A stretch of DNA of 36,166 nt from Thermodesulfovibrionales bacterium. GTDB taxonomy: Bacteria > Nitrospirota > Thermodesulfovibrionia > Thermodesulfovibrionales > UBA6898. The notes below the pieces were generated by a model. That model made no database searches. It worked only from the letters and a program-made list of their open reading frames with translations, and was not told the DNA's origin. This document shows, piece by piece, positions 8,509 through 18,473 of this stretch. A program made the position numbers and the translations under genes. The stretch covers positions 1 through 36,166 of the forward strand of contig JBIOIY010000031.1 of assembly GCA_044450345.1 (NCBI GenBank), in the 5' to 3' direction. Each line of letters begins with the position of its first letter. Within the stretch, counting starts at the first letter, position 1.

Positions 8509-9333
8509 CTATCGCATGCCCCTGAGAAGGGCGTTTCTCATCACGTCCACCGGAGGGGATACGGACGTCCAGAGTTCGAAGGCTAGGACCCCCTGCCAAA
8601 GGAGCATGCCGAGCCCGTCCATGGTCCGGCAGCCTTTCCGTGCCGCCAGATCGAGAAGAGATGTCTTTTTGTATATCAGGTCGCATACGGTCTGAGTCGG
8701 CAACAGCGCTCCGATATCTACCGGGGAAGGGTCGCCTTCTTTGAGGCCGAGCGGAGTTGCGTTGATGATGATGTCGAAACTCCGGGTATCGCCAATCCGT
8801 GCAAGGGAAGACACGTTTCCCCTTATCTGAGACAGGTCGGACGCCAGTTTATCGAGCTTCTTCTTATCGATATCGTGAATGAAGAGCCTCTCTGCCTTTT
8901 CACTCAGGTAGTATCCTATCGCCCGTGACGCGCCTCCGGCCCCGACAACCAGGACGCTCTTCCCTGCGATCCCGATCCCATTTTCTTCAAGGGAGCGCAT
9001 GAAGCCCCGGCCGTCTGTGTTATAGCCGGTGAGCCTTTCTTCGCGGTTCACCACGGTATTTACGGCGCCGATAAAGGACGCCTCTTCATTCACCTCGTCG
9101 AGGAAGGGTATAACAGCCTCCTTATGCGGCACCGTCACATTCACGCCTGCCATCGTGAGCGCCCTTACCGCCTCGACAGCCTTGCCGAGAGAATCGGGGT
9201 GGACGAGAAAGGGGAGGTAGCAGTAATCCAGCCCGAGGTGTTCAAACGCCGCGTTATGCATCGCCGGCGAGAGCGTGTGTTCGACCGGGTAGCCGAAGAG
9301 CCCTGTGATCCTTGTCTTGCCTGTTATGTCCAT
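8509..9333 (-). CDS. aroE: Shikimate dehydrogenase
   Basis: HTLSPAMHN, NVTVPHK, GAVNT, NTDG, GAGGA, NATPLG, GLGMLLWQG. Confidence 0.96.
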   Translation of the reverse strand: MDITGKTRITGLFGYPVEHTLSPAMHNAAFEHLGLDYCYLPFLVHPDSLGKAVEAVRALTMAGVNVTVPHKEAVIPFLDEVNEEASFIGAVNTVVNREERLTGYNTDGRGFMRSLEENGIGIAGKSVLVVGAGGASRAIGYYLSEKAERLFIHDIDKKKLDKLASDLSQIRGNVSSLARIGDTRSFDIIINATPLGLKEGDPSPVDIGALLPTQTVCDLIYKKTSLLDLAARKGCRTMDGLGMLLWQGVLAFELWTSVSPPVDVMRNALLRGMR

Positions 9334-9412
9334 TTCAAGCTCCGTTCTTCGATTCTTGTCTGTAAACTAACTCGTCAGCCGAAATAAATATAGCGTTGCG
9401 GCGATGCTCGAT

Positions 9413-10729
9413 CTACTGCCGGCTTTCTGTTTTGAGCCGGTCTTCTATTGCGTCGAGGAGCCCCTGGGGCGTGGACCCTATCCGCACGGTCGTAAGTCCG
9501 GTGACCTCTTCGACATCCTTGAGGGAGACGTTGTCGAGAAATATGTCCTCGTCTTCCTTGAGGGCCGCATCCGGGACCAGCAGCACCTTGTAGGAGTCTG
9601 TGTTGTCATGGAGTGTCTTGATAACGTCCCTGCCGGTGAGGAGTCCCGTCACGGTCACTGTCGTGCCGAAAAAGTGGTTTTCGACCCGGAGGACATCTAC
9701 GTGGATGTTCTCCTTGTCCGCCAGACGGTCCGTAAATTTCTTCAGAAAAGGATAAAAAGAAGTGCCGGTGAATGTGAGAAATTTCGTGCCCTGCGGTATT
9801 GTCTTCGGTACCCTGACCTTTCTTGACTGACTGAGAAATAGCGGTACCATCCCGACACCGTTTTCGATCTGTGGCAGTGAGCCGTAGTCCTTCAGGTGGG
9901 GGAAAGGGAAATCGGCCTTTATATACATCTCGTCCGAGCAATACACGATAGGGTCGCCATGCTTTTTTTGGAACCTTTTCTGAAAGGGCGTCACGACTTC
10001 TATTGCCCGAATGGCGTCTTCCTTCGTTACAGGGTCTATCTGCTGTTTCCTGTGCATCGTAAGTCCTACGGGGACGACCGCGGCAGATGAGACATACGGA
10101 TAGAATTTGTGAAGGTCCTTGATCGTATTCTGCAGTTCCGCCCCGTCGTTGAAGCCGGGACATAGCACGATCTGCGTGTGCATCCGTATTTTCTTGCCGG
10201 AAAAGAATTTCAGTTCCTTCATGATGTCCGAGGCCCTGGGGTTTCCTATCATTTTATTGCGCAGGGACTTGTTTGTCGTATGGACGGATATATAAAGAGG
10301 ACTCAGACGCTGATCGACGATCCTCTTGCGGTCGCATGAATCGATGTTGGAGAGGGTCATATAGTTCCCATAGAGGAAGGAAAGCCGGTAGTCCTCGTCC
10401 TTTATATAGAGGGGCCTCCTCAGTCCCTTCGGGAGCTGCTTTACGAAACAGAATATACAGTTGTTCCTGCATGTCTTTACTTTGAAGGGCTTGACCGTGA
10501 TCCCGGGGTCGCTTCCGTCCTCGGTCTTGATCTGCACCCTGTTTTTTTCCCCGCCGCGGCTGAATTCAACAAGGAGCCTTGCGGCGCTCCTGAAGAACAT
10601 GAAATCGATAGCGTCGCGAAGCGAGTGGGAATTTACCGAGAGGAGGACGTCGCCGGGCTTCAATCCCGCATTATCAGCCGGACTTCCGGTAAGGACGCTT
10701 TCTATTTCTATCCCGCTCCTAGGGCGCAT
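9413..10729 (-). CDS. PDZ + radical SAM DUF512 family protein
   Basis: N-terminal PDZ (GSPADNAGLKPGD), CRNNCIFC, KDEDYRLSFLYGNY, QIENGVG, VTGLLTGRD. Confidence 0.9.
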   Translation of the reverse strand: MRPRSGIEIESVLTGSPADNAGLKPGDVLLSVNSHSLRDAIDFMFFRSAARLLVEFSRGGEKNRVQIKTEDGSDPGITVKPFKVKTCRNNCIFCFVKQLPKGLRRPLYIKDEDYRLSFLYGNYMTLSNIDSCDRKRIVDQRLSPLYISVHTTNKSLRNKMIGNPRASDIMKELKFFSGKKIRMHTQIVLCPGFNDGAELQNTIKDLHKFYPYVSSAAVVPVGLTMHRKQQIDPVTKEDAIRAIEVVTPFQKRFQKKHGDPIVYCSDEMYIKADFPFPHLKDYGSLPQIENGVGMVPLFLSQSRKVRVPKTIPQGTKFLTFTGTSFYPFLKKFTDRLADKENIHVDVLRVENHFFGTTVTVTGLLTGRDVIKTLHDNTDSYKVLLVPDAALKEDEDIFLDNVSLKDVEEVTGLTTVRIGSTPQGLLDAIEDRLKTESRQ

Positions 10730-11258
10730 TTGTCAGTTTAAACCCCTTATGGACGTACTGGAGCCCTGAGAGGGCGGTGGCCGCCGCAGTCGCCAGAAAG
10801 ACCAGATCCGGAAGGGGCGGGAGGGAGGCCACGTTTATTCTTAGCAGGACATAGGCCAGGACGACCAGCTGCGTTGCGATCGCAATCTTGCCCGTCAGTA
10901 CGGGCTCGATCCTGGAGTTGTGGGTGATCATATAGAGGAGGAACCAGCCGATCACGACGATGACGTCCCTGCTTATTACCGTGATCGCAAGCCATTTGGG
11001 AATCCAGCCGTACACGGCGAAGAGGATGAATGACGAGATGAGGAGAAATTTGTCCGCCAGCGGGTCCAGAAAGGTCCCGAGGGCGGTTTTCTGGTTTGCG
11101 AGACGGGCGGAGAGGCCGTCGAGCATATCCGTCAATGCAGCCGCAACAAAAAGGTAGAGGGCGTATCTGTATTTTTGGTACAGAATGGCCGTAATGAATA
11201 CCGGGATGATGACGATCCTTGTAATAGTTAATGTGTTAGGTATGTTGAATACGCGCAA
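10719..11258 (-). CDS. CDP-alcohol phosphatidyltransferase (PgsA-like)
   Basis: NIPNTLTITR and the DxxDGxxAR..G..LDPLADK motif; multiple TM helices; TTG start. Confidence 0.9.
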   Translation of the reverse strand: MRVFNIPNTLTITRIVIIPVFITAILYQKYRYALYLFVAAALTDMLDGLSARLANQKTALGTFLDPLADKFLLISSFILFAVYGWIPKWLAITVISRDVIVVIGWFLLYMITHNSRIEPVLTGKIAIATQLVVLAYVLLRINVASLPPLPDLVFLATAAATALSGLQYVHKGFKLTNAP

Positions 11259-11281
11259 AGGCCCCCCCGGAGAAATATTGT

Positions 11282-12367
11282 CTACGGTATATTAAAAGGC
11301 GCCCGGTCAAACGCCAGTTTCAGCCCGAGTTTATTATAACATCCTGTCCGCATTTTTCCATCGAGATAGGATTTCATCATCTCGGCATGGCATCGTTCGA
11401 CCTTGAACCCGTAATCGACGGCCTGCGTGACGGACTTGTCGATATATCTTTCGGCCAGGGCCTTTTTGCCCTCGAGAAGTGCGACCTCTCCAATGCCGAG
11501 CATGCAGTAGATGAGTCCCCTCGGGTCCTTCGTCTTTTTGAAAAGGTCCTGGGCGGTCCTGAAACAGTATCGTGCTTTCTCATAATCTCCCAGCATCTTG
11601 TGGGTGGTCCCCATACTCCAAAGCGTATAGGAATAGCTGACCCTGTCGCCGATTTTCTTGTAAAGCGCAGAGGCGCGGGAGAAATTCGACAGCGCTTTTT
11701 TGTATTCGTCAAGCATCCGGTACGCGTTCCCGGTCCCGCAATATGAATAGGCGGTCCCGAATATGTCCTTCAGTTCCGAAAACAGCTTGTTGGCGTCCCT
11801 GTAGTATGCGAGCGACTCCGGAAAGAGGCCTGCGATACGATGGGTGCCCCCGAGGCCGCAGAGGCAGTATCCGACGGACGGTTTGAGCCTCAATTGCCTG
11901 AATATATTCAGCGCCCCTTTATATTCGCGTATCGCCTCAGGAATATCTCCCTTGATACGAAGGGCGCCTGCTATGGCCCATAACGAGAAGGCAACCGCCT
12001 GCCTGTCATTTTCTTTCCTGTAAAAGGTCATGGCCTTTTTTAATGCTATCAGCGCGTTTTTCCAGTCTCCTTTTCCCCTCAGGGACAGTCCTATGTTCGT
12101 TTCCGCGTCCGCGACGGCTGTCATATCGCCGATCTGTTTCCCAAGGACGACCGCTTCGGAATAGGACTTCCCGGCGAGATCGTAGTTGCCGATCATCCTG
12201 TGCACATCGCCTATCGAAAGCCTGCAGTCGAGCACTGCCTGCATGTCGCCGAGAGACGAGTATCCGCGGAGGGCCTTTCTGAAGAAATCCAGAGACTCCG
12301 TGTAGAGGCTCTTCTGCCTCAGCGACTCGGCTCTTTCAAAGTACCGTTGTATTTCCGAGCAGTCCAT
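11282..12367 (-). CDS. Tetratricopeptide repeat protein
   Basis: About 8 repeats of ~40 aa with TPR pattern (A/G-x-S-L-x-x-I-G..Y..A..Y..A...F); start overlaps the rpe 3' end by 32 nt. Confidence 0.85.
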   Translation of the reverse strand: MDCSEIQRYFERAESLRQKSLYTESLDFFRKALRGYSSLGDMQAVLDCRLSIGDVHRMIGNYDLAGKSYSEAVVLGKQIGDMTAVADAETNIGLSLRGKGDWKNALIALKKAMTFYRKENDRQAVAFSLWAIAGALRIKGDIPEAIREYKGALNIFRQLRLKPSVGYCLCGLGGTHRIAGLFPESLAYYRDANKLFSELKDIFGTAYSYCGTGNAYRMLDEYKKALSNFSRASALYKKIGDRVSYSYTLWSMGTTHKMLGDYEKARYCFRTAQDLFKKTKDPRGLIYCMLGIGEVALLEGKKALAERYIDKSVTQAVDYGFKVERCHAEMMKSYLDGKMRTGCYNKLGLKLAFDRAPFNIP

Positions 12368-13004
12368 TCAGTTTCTCCATGGTCGAGGCGTAATTGCCAG
12401 ATTTAAAAAAGGCGGACCCCATCACGAGGATGTCCGCGCCGGCCGCGGAGATCTCCTTTGCATTCCCCGTCTTCACGCCGCCGTCCACTTCAATGAGCAG
12501 GGGATATCCCGCATCCGAGATCGTTTTCCGGAGCAGTCTGAGTTTATCCAGTGTGCCGGGGATGAACTCCTGCCCCCCGAAGCCAGGGTTGACCGACATG
12601 ATAAGGACGACATCAACGTCGGCAAGGATATTGTCGAGTGTCCAAACCGGCGTGGCCGGGTTTATAGAAACGCCCGCTTTTATCCCGCCTTCCTTTATCG
12701 CCTGGACGGACCTGTGTAGATGGACTGCCGCCTCGAAATGCACAGTCAGGATGTCCGCGCCGGCTGAGATGAAATCTTTCAGATACCTGTCGGGGTCCTC
12801 TATCATCAAATGCACGTCCAGGGGGAGCCGCGTGATTTTCCGTATTGATTCGACGACGGCAGGCCCGATGGTTATGTTCGGCACGAAATGACCGTCCATG
12901 ACATCGATGTGAAGGAGGTGGGCGCCCGCATCTTCCGCTGCCTTTATCTCTTCCCCTAACCTTGTGAAGTCGGCAGAGAGTATGGATGGAGCTATTTTGA
13001 TCAT
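12336..13004 (-). CDS. rpe: Ribulose-phosphate 3-epimerase
   Basis: IAPSILSADF, HIDVMDGHFVPN, DVHLMI, MSVNPGFGGQ, EVDGG. Confidence 0.97.
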   Translation of the reverse strand: MIKIAPSILSADFTRLGEEIKAAEDAGAHLLHIDVMDGHFVPNITIGPAVVESIRKITRLPLDVHLMIEDPDRYLKDFISAGADILTVHFEAAVHLHRSVQAIKEGGIKAGVSINPATPVWTLDNILADVDVVLIMSVNPGFGGQEFIPGTLDKLRLLRKTISDAGYPLLIEVDGGVKTGNAKEISAAGADILVMGSAFFKSGNYASTMEKLNGLLGNTTVL

Positions 13005-13696
13005 TGAGAATTCCCTTCCTTTAGCTCGAGATACACCTTCTCGCCGGCCTTGAGGATCACCCCCGGCTTCGGCTTCTGGGCCTTTATGAAATCTCCCGTG
13101 CCTTTCGTCTCGACCAGCAGGCCGATTTTCTGGGCCGTTTCCTTTGCCTCATCGAGACTCTTTCCCTGGAAATCAGGACAGTAATACGTTAACTCATGGG
13201 GCCCGACACTGACAAGCACGGTGATCGGCCCGTCGAGCCTCTCGTCCGGCTCCGGGCTCTGTGCCACTATCTTTCCTTTTTCGACCGAGTCGGAGTGGAT
13301 GTTTATTACTTTTCCTATTCTCAATCCCTTCTGGACCAGCACCCCCTCCGCATCTCCGAGCGTTCCATTCACGAGGATGGGAACCGAGTAGACCTTCGGC
13401 CCCTTGCTGACCACGACCTTTATCGCCCTCTTTTCTTTCACCTTATTTCCCGCGGGGACATCCTGTCTGAGTATCTTTCCGCTCATGACAGTTGAGTCGT
13501 AGTCCTCACCTTCGATTCTCACGTAAAGACCGGCTTTACTGAGGGCCTCATTTGCTTCAACAAGCGACATGTTAGTCAGCGAAGGGACTTCCACGGTCCT
13601 GCTGAAACTCAGCGCCTTGAAGGTGATGTATCCGAACGTAAGCCCCAGCAGCACGAAGATCGCGAAGAAGAGGGGGACCCTGATGAAGCTGTTCAT
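13001..13696 (-). CDS. Membrane-anchored PASTA domain protein (3 PASTA repeats)
   Basis: TM helix then VEVPSL..QDVPAG..VSKG repeats; ATG 13696 overlaps the rsmB stop (ATGA). Confidence 0.88.
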   Translation of the reverse strand: MNSFIRVPLFFAIFVLLGLTFGYITFKALSFSRTVEVPSLTNMSLVEANEALSKAGLYVRIEGEDYDSTVMSGKILRQDVPAGNKVKEKRAIKVVVSKGPKVYSVPILVNGTLGDAEGVLVQKGLRIGKVINIHSDSVEKGKIVAQSPEPDERLDGPITVLVSVGPHELTYYCPDFQGKSLDEAKETAQKIGLLVETKGTGDFIKAQKPKPGVILKAGEKVYLELKEGNSQ

Positions 13697-15006
13697 TTTT
13701 TTCTGCAAAGCGCCACCCCGAAGAAACCGTCCATGGTGTGCAGGTGCGGATATGTTCTCAAGAAGCCATCATGCATAAAACTTTTCAAAAATTGTGCCTC
13801 AGCATCTATAATACGGAATTCCTTCGAGGTCTTCAAGAATTCATTTATGACCTGCTCCCCCTCCTCAGGCTCCATCGAGCATACCGAATAGACCAGTCTG
13901 CCGCCTTCTTTCAACAACCGTGACACTGCGTGAAGCAGATGTAGCTGCTTTGTCCTGTATCCTTCAAGGTCTTTGGACTTCCGCCGGTATTTTATGTCCG
14001 GGTTACGTCTTATAACCCCCGTGGCGGAGCAGGGCGCATCGAGGAGCACCCTGTCGAAAGGTCCTGCCCCGCGGAGTGTGGCGGCATCCTGATTGATTAT
14101 GATTACCGACTTTATCCCGAGTGCCCCGATATTGTCACGGAGCATGTCTATCCTTTTGTCGTCTTTCTCAACCGCGGTGATTTCGCCCGTGTCCCGCATA
14201 AGCTGCGCGATGTGAGTGGCCTTGCCTCCCGGCGCGGCACAGGCGTCCAGAACCTTCTCCCCGGGTTTCGGACCGAGGAGACATGAGATAATCTGAGACG
14301 CCTCGTCCTGGACCGCGAAAAGGCCATGGGCAAAGACCAGCTCAGTGTGGCTGCGGACATGCTTCAGCGTAATGCCGTCCGGAGAAAATCCGGTCGCCGC
14401 CGCCTCGACTTCATGCGCGGCAAGGAGCTTAATGAGGTCCTGCCGCGTAGACCTAAGGGTGTTTACTCTTATAGTCATCGGCGGTACCCTGTTGTTCGCC
14501 TCGGCGAGCTGGAGCGCCCCCTCTTCACCGAACCTGCGTATCCATCTCTTGACGAGCCATTTAGGATGGGAAGTGTTTACCGCTATGTTCGATACCGGGT
14601 CTTCCAGCGGAAGAGGCGGAGCAAAACGATCTCTCTGCCTGAGTACGTTCCTCAGCACCGCGTTGACTAAAGACGGTTTGCCGTAGCGGGAAGAGGATTT
14701 CTCCATCTCGACCGATTCGCTGACGACCGCCCAGTCAGGGACCCTCATGAAATATAATTGGTACAGGGCGGCCCTGAGGTTGCTACGCGTGAAATCCCCG
14801 GCCTTAGCCGGATTCTTCAGGAAATGGCCCAATATCCAGTCGAGGGTGTCCCTGTACCTGAGCACCCCGTAAACGATCTCCATGATGAACGACCTATCCC
14901 GTTTGTCGAGATGCTGCGAGAATGCGTCGACGGCATATTTCGGTCTCACATCTCTTGAGAGGATATCGATGAGGGCCCTTACGGCCGATGAGCGGGTATC
15001 TGACAC
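13693..15006 (-). CDS. rsmB: 16S rRNA m5C967 methyltransferase
   Basis: NusB-like N-domain, QDEASQ, DACAAPGGKATH, DAPCS, YSVCS, DGFF. Confidence 0.96.
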   Translation of the reverse strand: MSDTRSSAVRALIDILSRDVRPKYAVDAFSQHLDKRDRSFIMEIVYGVLRYRDTLDWILGHFLKNPAKAGDFTRSNLRAALYQLYFMRVPDWAVVSESVEMEKSSSRYGKPSLVNAVLRNVLRQRDRFAPPLPLEDPVSNIAVNTSHPKWLVKRWIRRFGEEGALQLAEANNRVPPMTIRVNTLRSTRQDLIKLLAAHEVEAAATGFSPDGITLKHVRSHTELVFAHGLFAVQDEASQIISCLLGPKPGEKVLDACAAPGGKATHIAQLMRDTGEITAVEKDDKRIDMLRDNIGALGIKSVIIINQDAATLRGAGPFDRVLLDAPCSATGVIRRNPDIKYRRKSKDLEGYRTKQLHLLHAVSRLLKEGGRLVYSVCSMEPEEGEQVINEFLKTSKEFRIIDAEAQFLKSFMHDGFLRTYPHLHTMDGFFGVALCRKK

Positions 15007-15016
15007 GGAAGGATTA

Positions 15017-16144
15017 CTAAGACTCGTCTTTGACGACTGAGGTTATCTTCAGCCTGCCGTCTTCTACCGCGAAATCCGCGCGTAGGCGCTGAGTGATTTT
15101 TTTGACCGTGGTGCTCTTCCTGGGACTGAAGTCCACCTCCCATATAACGGTCGCGCTTGCACCGGCAGGGCCGGTCCTGAGGTCTTCGACTCTGTAGGTG
15201 AGCGACTTGTAATCGACCTTTTCCCACTGCTCGACGATGTTCTCCTTTTTCTCCCTTGATGCGAGATAGCCCTTTGAATACCTCGACCTCCAGAGTGCAG
15301 GGTCTTTTCTGAGGTTCGCCGTCCTTATGTCGTCGAGCAGGCCGTCGATGTCGCGTTCGCCGATCACCCGGAGGTTCTCCGCCTTGGTTTCCGACCGGGA
15401 GCCCGCCGACCGGCCCGATGGCAGATTTGGCACGTAGGTGTAAATCAGCAAGGCGGAAATGATCGCGACAGCGGCAATGGCCGGGACAAGGACGATCGGC
15501 CTGAGCGTATCCATCAGCCTGAGCGCGGAGGGAGACTTCTTCCCGTCAATCACTGCGAGAATCAGTTTCTTGGTCTTTAATTCCGACGAGAGCATCCTGA
15601 AATAACGGCCTCTTTCGTTCGTGAGTCCTAACAGACCCGGCTTTTCGAGTTTCCCGAGATCCGTTTCCAGGGCCGAGATATCATCTCCTAATTTCATTTT
15701 CAGGTTATCGAGAGTCATCTCGAGCCGGGTTATTCTTTTTATGAGCTCGTCGATGGCGGTCTCGGCCTTTCCGGCCGCAGCGACAAGTTCGGGATATCCG
15801 GGGCCTTCGTTTTCCTGTATCCCGGCGAGAGACTTCTCCTTTTTTTCCAGCCTCCTTTTGAGCTGATCTATCTCCAGGAGGAGGGTGTAGACGAATTTAT
15901 TTTCGATGTCCACCCTAAGAGAGTCTATCTTTATATCCTCGATCTTTTCATCGGTGACGGCGGGCTCGGGCCGTTCATCCGTTTCTTTTTTAAAGCCTTC
16001 CGTCTGAGTGGCAGGCCCCTCCGGTCCGGCCTCAGCAGGTTCAAGCATGGCCGAGCACGTCTCGCAGTAGGGCTGGTCGAAGGGAAAACGCTTCCCGCAT
16101 TTCGGGCACTGCATAACGATGTTGGGGGTCTCTCCCATGATCAC
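15017..16144 (-). CDS. Hypothetical membrane protein: Zn-ribbon, coiled coil, single TM helix, NTF2-like C-domain
   Basis: CPKC..CETC, heptad-rich middle, hydrophobic IVLVPAIAAVAIISALLIY, C-terminal alpha+beta domain ending ..EDGRLKITSV. Confidence 0.65.
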   Translation of the reverse strand: MIMGETPNIVMQCPKCGKRFPFDQPYCETCSAMLEPAEAGPEGPATQTEGFKKETDERPEPAVTDEKIEDIKIDSLRVDIENKFVYTLLLEIDQLKRRLEKKEKSLAGIQENEGPGYPELVAAAGKAETAIDELIKRITRLEMTLDNLKMKLGDDISALETDLGKLEKPGLLGLTNERGRYFRMLSSELKTKKLILAVIDGKKSPSALRLMDTLRPIVLVPAIAAVAIISALLIYTYVPNLPSGRSAGSRSETKAENLRVIGERDIDGLLDDIRTANLRKDPALWRSRYSKGYLASREKKENIVEQWEKVDYKSLTYRVEDLRTGPAGASATVIWEVDFSPRKSTTVKKITQRLRADFAVEDGRLKITSVVKDES

Positions 16145-16857
16145 ATCGGGCTGATGGCTTCAGAGGCAGGAGAGGGCTTGCGGCCCTTGTCTTGCTTCTT
16201 GTCGCTCTTCGGTTTCTTCTCAATCTTCGGCAGGGCCTCAGGCTCCGCCGGCTTTATATCGGGCTTGCGCGGCGTCTCCGCAACAGGCTGCCGCACGGGA
16301 GGGGGCGCCGGGGGTTTTTCACGTGTGGCGATATTGGCCAGCAAAGGCCCGAACATCTTAGAGAGAAGCTCCCTTTGAGCATTCGGATCTATCGGCCCGC
16401 CCTTATGAGTAAAGTCAGCGGCCTGCCAGAAAAGCAGACGGGAATCTTTTGTAGAGATAAGCTGCACTATGATTTCGCCTCGGTCTACTCCCGTGATGAG
16501 AACTCCATTCAGCACCGCATCTGACCGGAGAGAGCGGCCAAGCGTTACAAGTGCTTCGCGTCTGTTGTCGGGTCCCAAAGTGGAGAGGTCAGTTCCGCCT
16601 GCGGTGACCACTGAAAGCCCGGGGATCGACAGTGTTTCCTCCGCCAACCCCTTCCAGTTGTTACTATCACTGAAAAAGGTCGCCACTGCCACTGAATGGA
16701 CCTCTTCAATAAGGTCCCTTTCCATGAGCGGCAGGCTGTTTTTCTGTTCTCCTGCGGTGAACTGCGTCGATGCGCATGCATGAAGCAGGAGCAAGGGCAG
16801 GGCGAAGTTTACGAATAAGAACTTTTTAAGATGAGGTAACAATTTCATGTCGGTCAT
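16141..16857 (-). CDS. Putative lipoprotein (CsgG/LpoB-like fold) with Pro/Lys-rich tail
   Basis: Lipobox-like LLLLHAC after a basic/hydrophobic N-terminus; VAVATF..LGRSLRSDAVLNG; start re-called at 16857 (or 16848). Confidence 0.6.
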   Translation of the reverse strand: MTDMKLLPHLKKFLFVNFALPLLLLHACASTQFTAGEQKNSLPLMERDLIEEVHSVAVATFFSDSNNWKGLAEETLSIPGLSVVTAGGTDLSTLGPDNRREALVTLGRSLRSDAVLNGVLITGVDRGEIIVQLISTKDSRLLFWQAADFTHKGGPIDPNAQRELLSKMFGPLLANIATREKPPAPPPVRQPVAETPRKPDIKPAEPEALPKIEKKPKSDKKQDKGRKPSPASEAISPM

Positions 16858-17029
16858 TAAAGAAATATCATTAAAATAATGCCATTCTTTTAAAGAAATT
16901 GCAATGTAAGCCCCGAAATCGCAATCCGCCATCAATGAAATAGCGATGATGCAGGAGGACAATATTCTCTCTCATATTCGGCCGAGGGTTTTGTCGACCG
17001 GCGCAGAGGAAATGTTTTATACTAATACT

Positions 17030-17539
17030 ATGGCAGTAATGGAGATCAGGAAATACCCGGACAGGGTATTGAAGCAGAAGGCCTCACCCGTCACGGCCCT
17101 TGACGGGGATCTGCAGAAACTAATAGACGACATGATCGAGACTATGTATGCGGCCCCGGGTGTCGGGCTTGCGGCGCCTCAGGTAGGGGTGTCAAAGAGG
17201 CTGGCGGTCATTGATATAAGCACCAAGGGCACCGAAATGCCCTTGCTGGTCCTCATCAATCCCGTTTTTCTGCTTAAGGAAGGTTCGTTAGAATTCGAGG
17301 AGGGATGCCTGAGTCTCCCCGAGTACACCGCGAAGATTGAAAGGGCCGAAAAGGTCGTGGTCCGCACGACGGACAGAAAAGGCAAGGAGTTCGAGATAGA
17401 GGCCGAGGGGCTCCTCGCGATCGCGCTCCAGCATGAGATAGACCATCTCGACGGTCTCCTGCTGATAGACAGGATCAGCCCGATAAAAAGGGAATTCTTC
17501 AAAAAACGTTATCAGAAGAAAATCAAGTCAGGGAAATAG
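17030..17539 (+). CDS. def: Peptide deformylase
   Basis: GVGLAAPQVG, EGCLS, QHEIDHLDG; start re-called at ATG 17030 (MAVMEIRKYPD). Confidence 0.97.
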   Translation: MAVMEIRKYPDRVLKQKASPVTALDGDLQKLIDDMIETMYAAPGVGLAAPQVGVSKRLAVIDISTKGTEMPLLVLINPVFLLKEGSLEFEEGCLSLPEYTAKIERAEKVVVRTTDRKGKEFEIEAEGLLAIALQHEIDHLDGLLLIDRISPIKREFFKKRYQKKIKSGK

Positions 17540-17543
17540 GGCC

Positions 17544-18473
17544 TTGCGGATCGTTTTTTTTGGAACTCCTGATTTCGCCGTCCCTTCTCTCAAGGCGCTT
17601 CTGGATTCCGGAGACGATGTCGTTGCTGTCGTTACTCAGCCGGACAAGGTAAAAGGGCGCGGCCGCCTTCTGTCACAGCCTCCTGTAAAAGGGCTTGCCC
17701 TGTCGAACGGCATCCCTGTCTTACAACCCCGAAATATCAGGACCGGTTCTTTTCTTGAAGAGTTGTCCCTGCTCAAGCCCGGGGCGATTGCGGTCGTCGC
17801 CTATGGAAAGATCGTCCCTCCCGCGGTTTTGAAACTTCCGCCTCTGGGTTGTGTCAATGTCCACGCCTCGCTCCTCCCGGCATACCGTGGGGCCGCGCCG
17901 ATCCAATGGGCTATCATCAACGGAGAGAGAAGAACAGGCATCACCACAATGCTTATGGACGAGGGTCTCGATACAGGGGATATCCTCCTCCAGAATGAGA
18001 CCGAGATACTCGATGAGGACAATGGCCTTACTCTCGGCAAAAGGCTCTCCGAAGTGGGAGCCTCTCTTCTGCCCGGGACACTTGAGGGTTTGAAGGCGGG
18101 TACCGTGAACCCGAGACCCCAGACCGGCGAACCGAGTTTTGCCCCGCCGCTTAAAAAGGATGACGGCAAAATAGACTGGTCTTTGCCGGCCAGGAGGATA
18201 TTCGACCTGATACGGGGGACCTATCCATGGCCGGGCGCTTATTGTTATCTTAAGGGAAGCCGGCTTGTAATCCTGCGGGCGAAGGCGCTGGACCATGAAA
18301 AGACCGGTACACCCGGAAGGATAGAGATGATCGGGTCCGAAGGTGTCCTTGTCTCGACAGGCAGAGGGATTTTGGCTATCATGGAAGTGAAGCCTGAAGG
18401 AAGGAATTCCATGTCTGCGGAGTCCTTTATGCACGGCCGGCGGCTGAAAGAGGGGGCTTTTTTCGATGCTTAA
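17544..18473 (+). CDS. fmt: Methionyl-tRNA formyltransferase
   Basis: FFGTPDFA, VVTQPD, NVHASLLPAYRGAAPIQ, GLDTGDI; follows def. Confidence 0.97.
   Translation: MRIVFFGTPDFAVPSLKALLDSGDDVVAVVTQPDKVKGRGRLLSQPPVKGLALSNGIPVLQPRNIRTGSFLEELSLLKPGAIAVVAYGKIVPPAVLKLPPLGCVNVHASLLPAYRGAAPIQWAIINGERRTGITTMLMDEGLDTGDILLQNETEILDEDNGLTLGKRLSEVGASLLPGTLEGLKAGTVNPRPQTGEPSFAPPLKKDDGKIDWSLPARRIFDLIRGTYPWPGAYCYLKGSRLVILRAKALDHEKTGTPGRIEMIGSEGVLVSTGRGILAIMEVKPEGRNSMSAESFMHGRRLKEGAFFDA

Noticed and set aside
12336..12367. 32-nt rpe/TPR overlap as a frameshift or recoding site
   Set aside because: Both proteins appear complete; a short C-terminal extension of Rpe explains the overlap.
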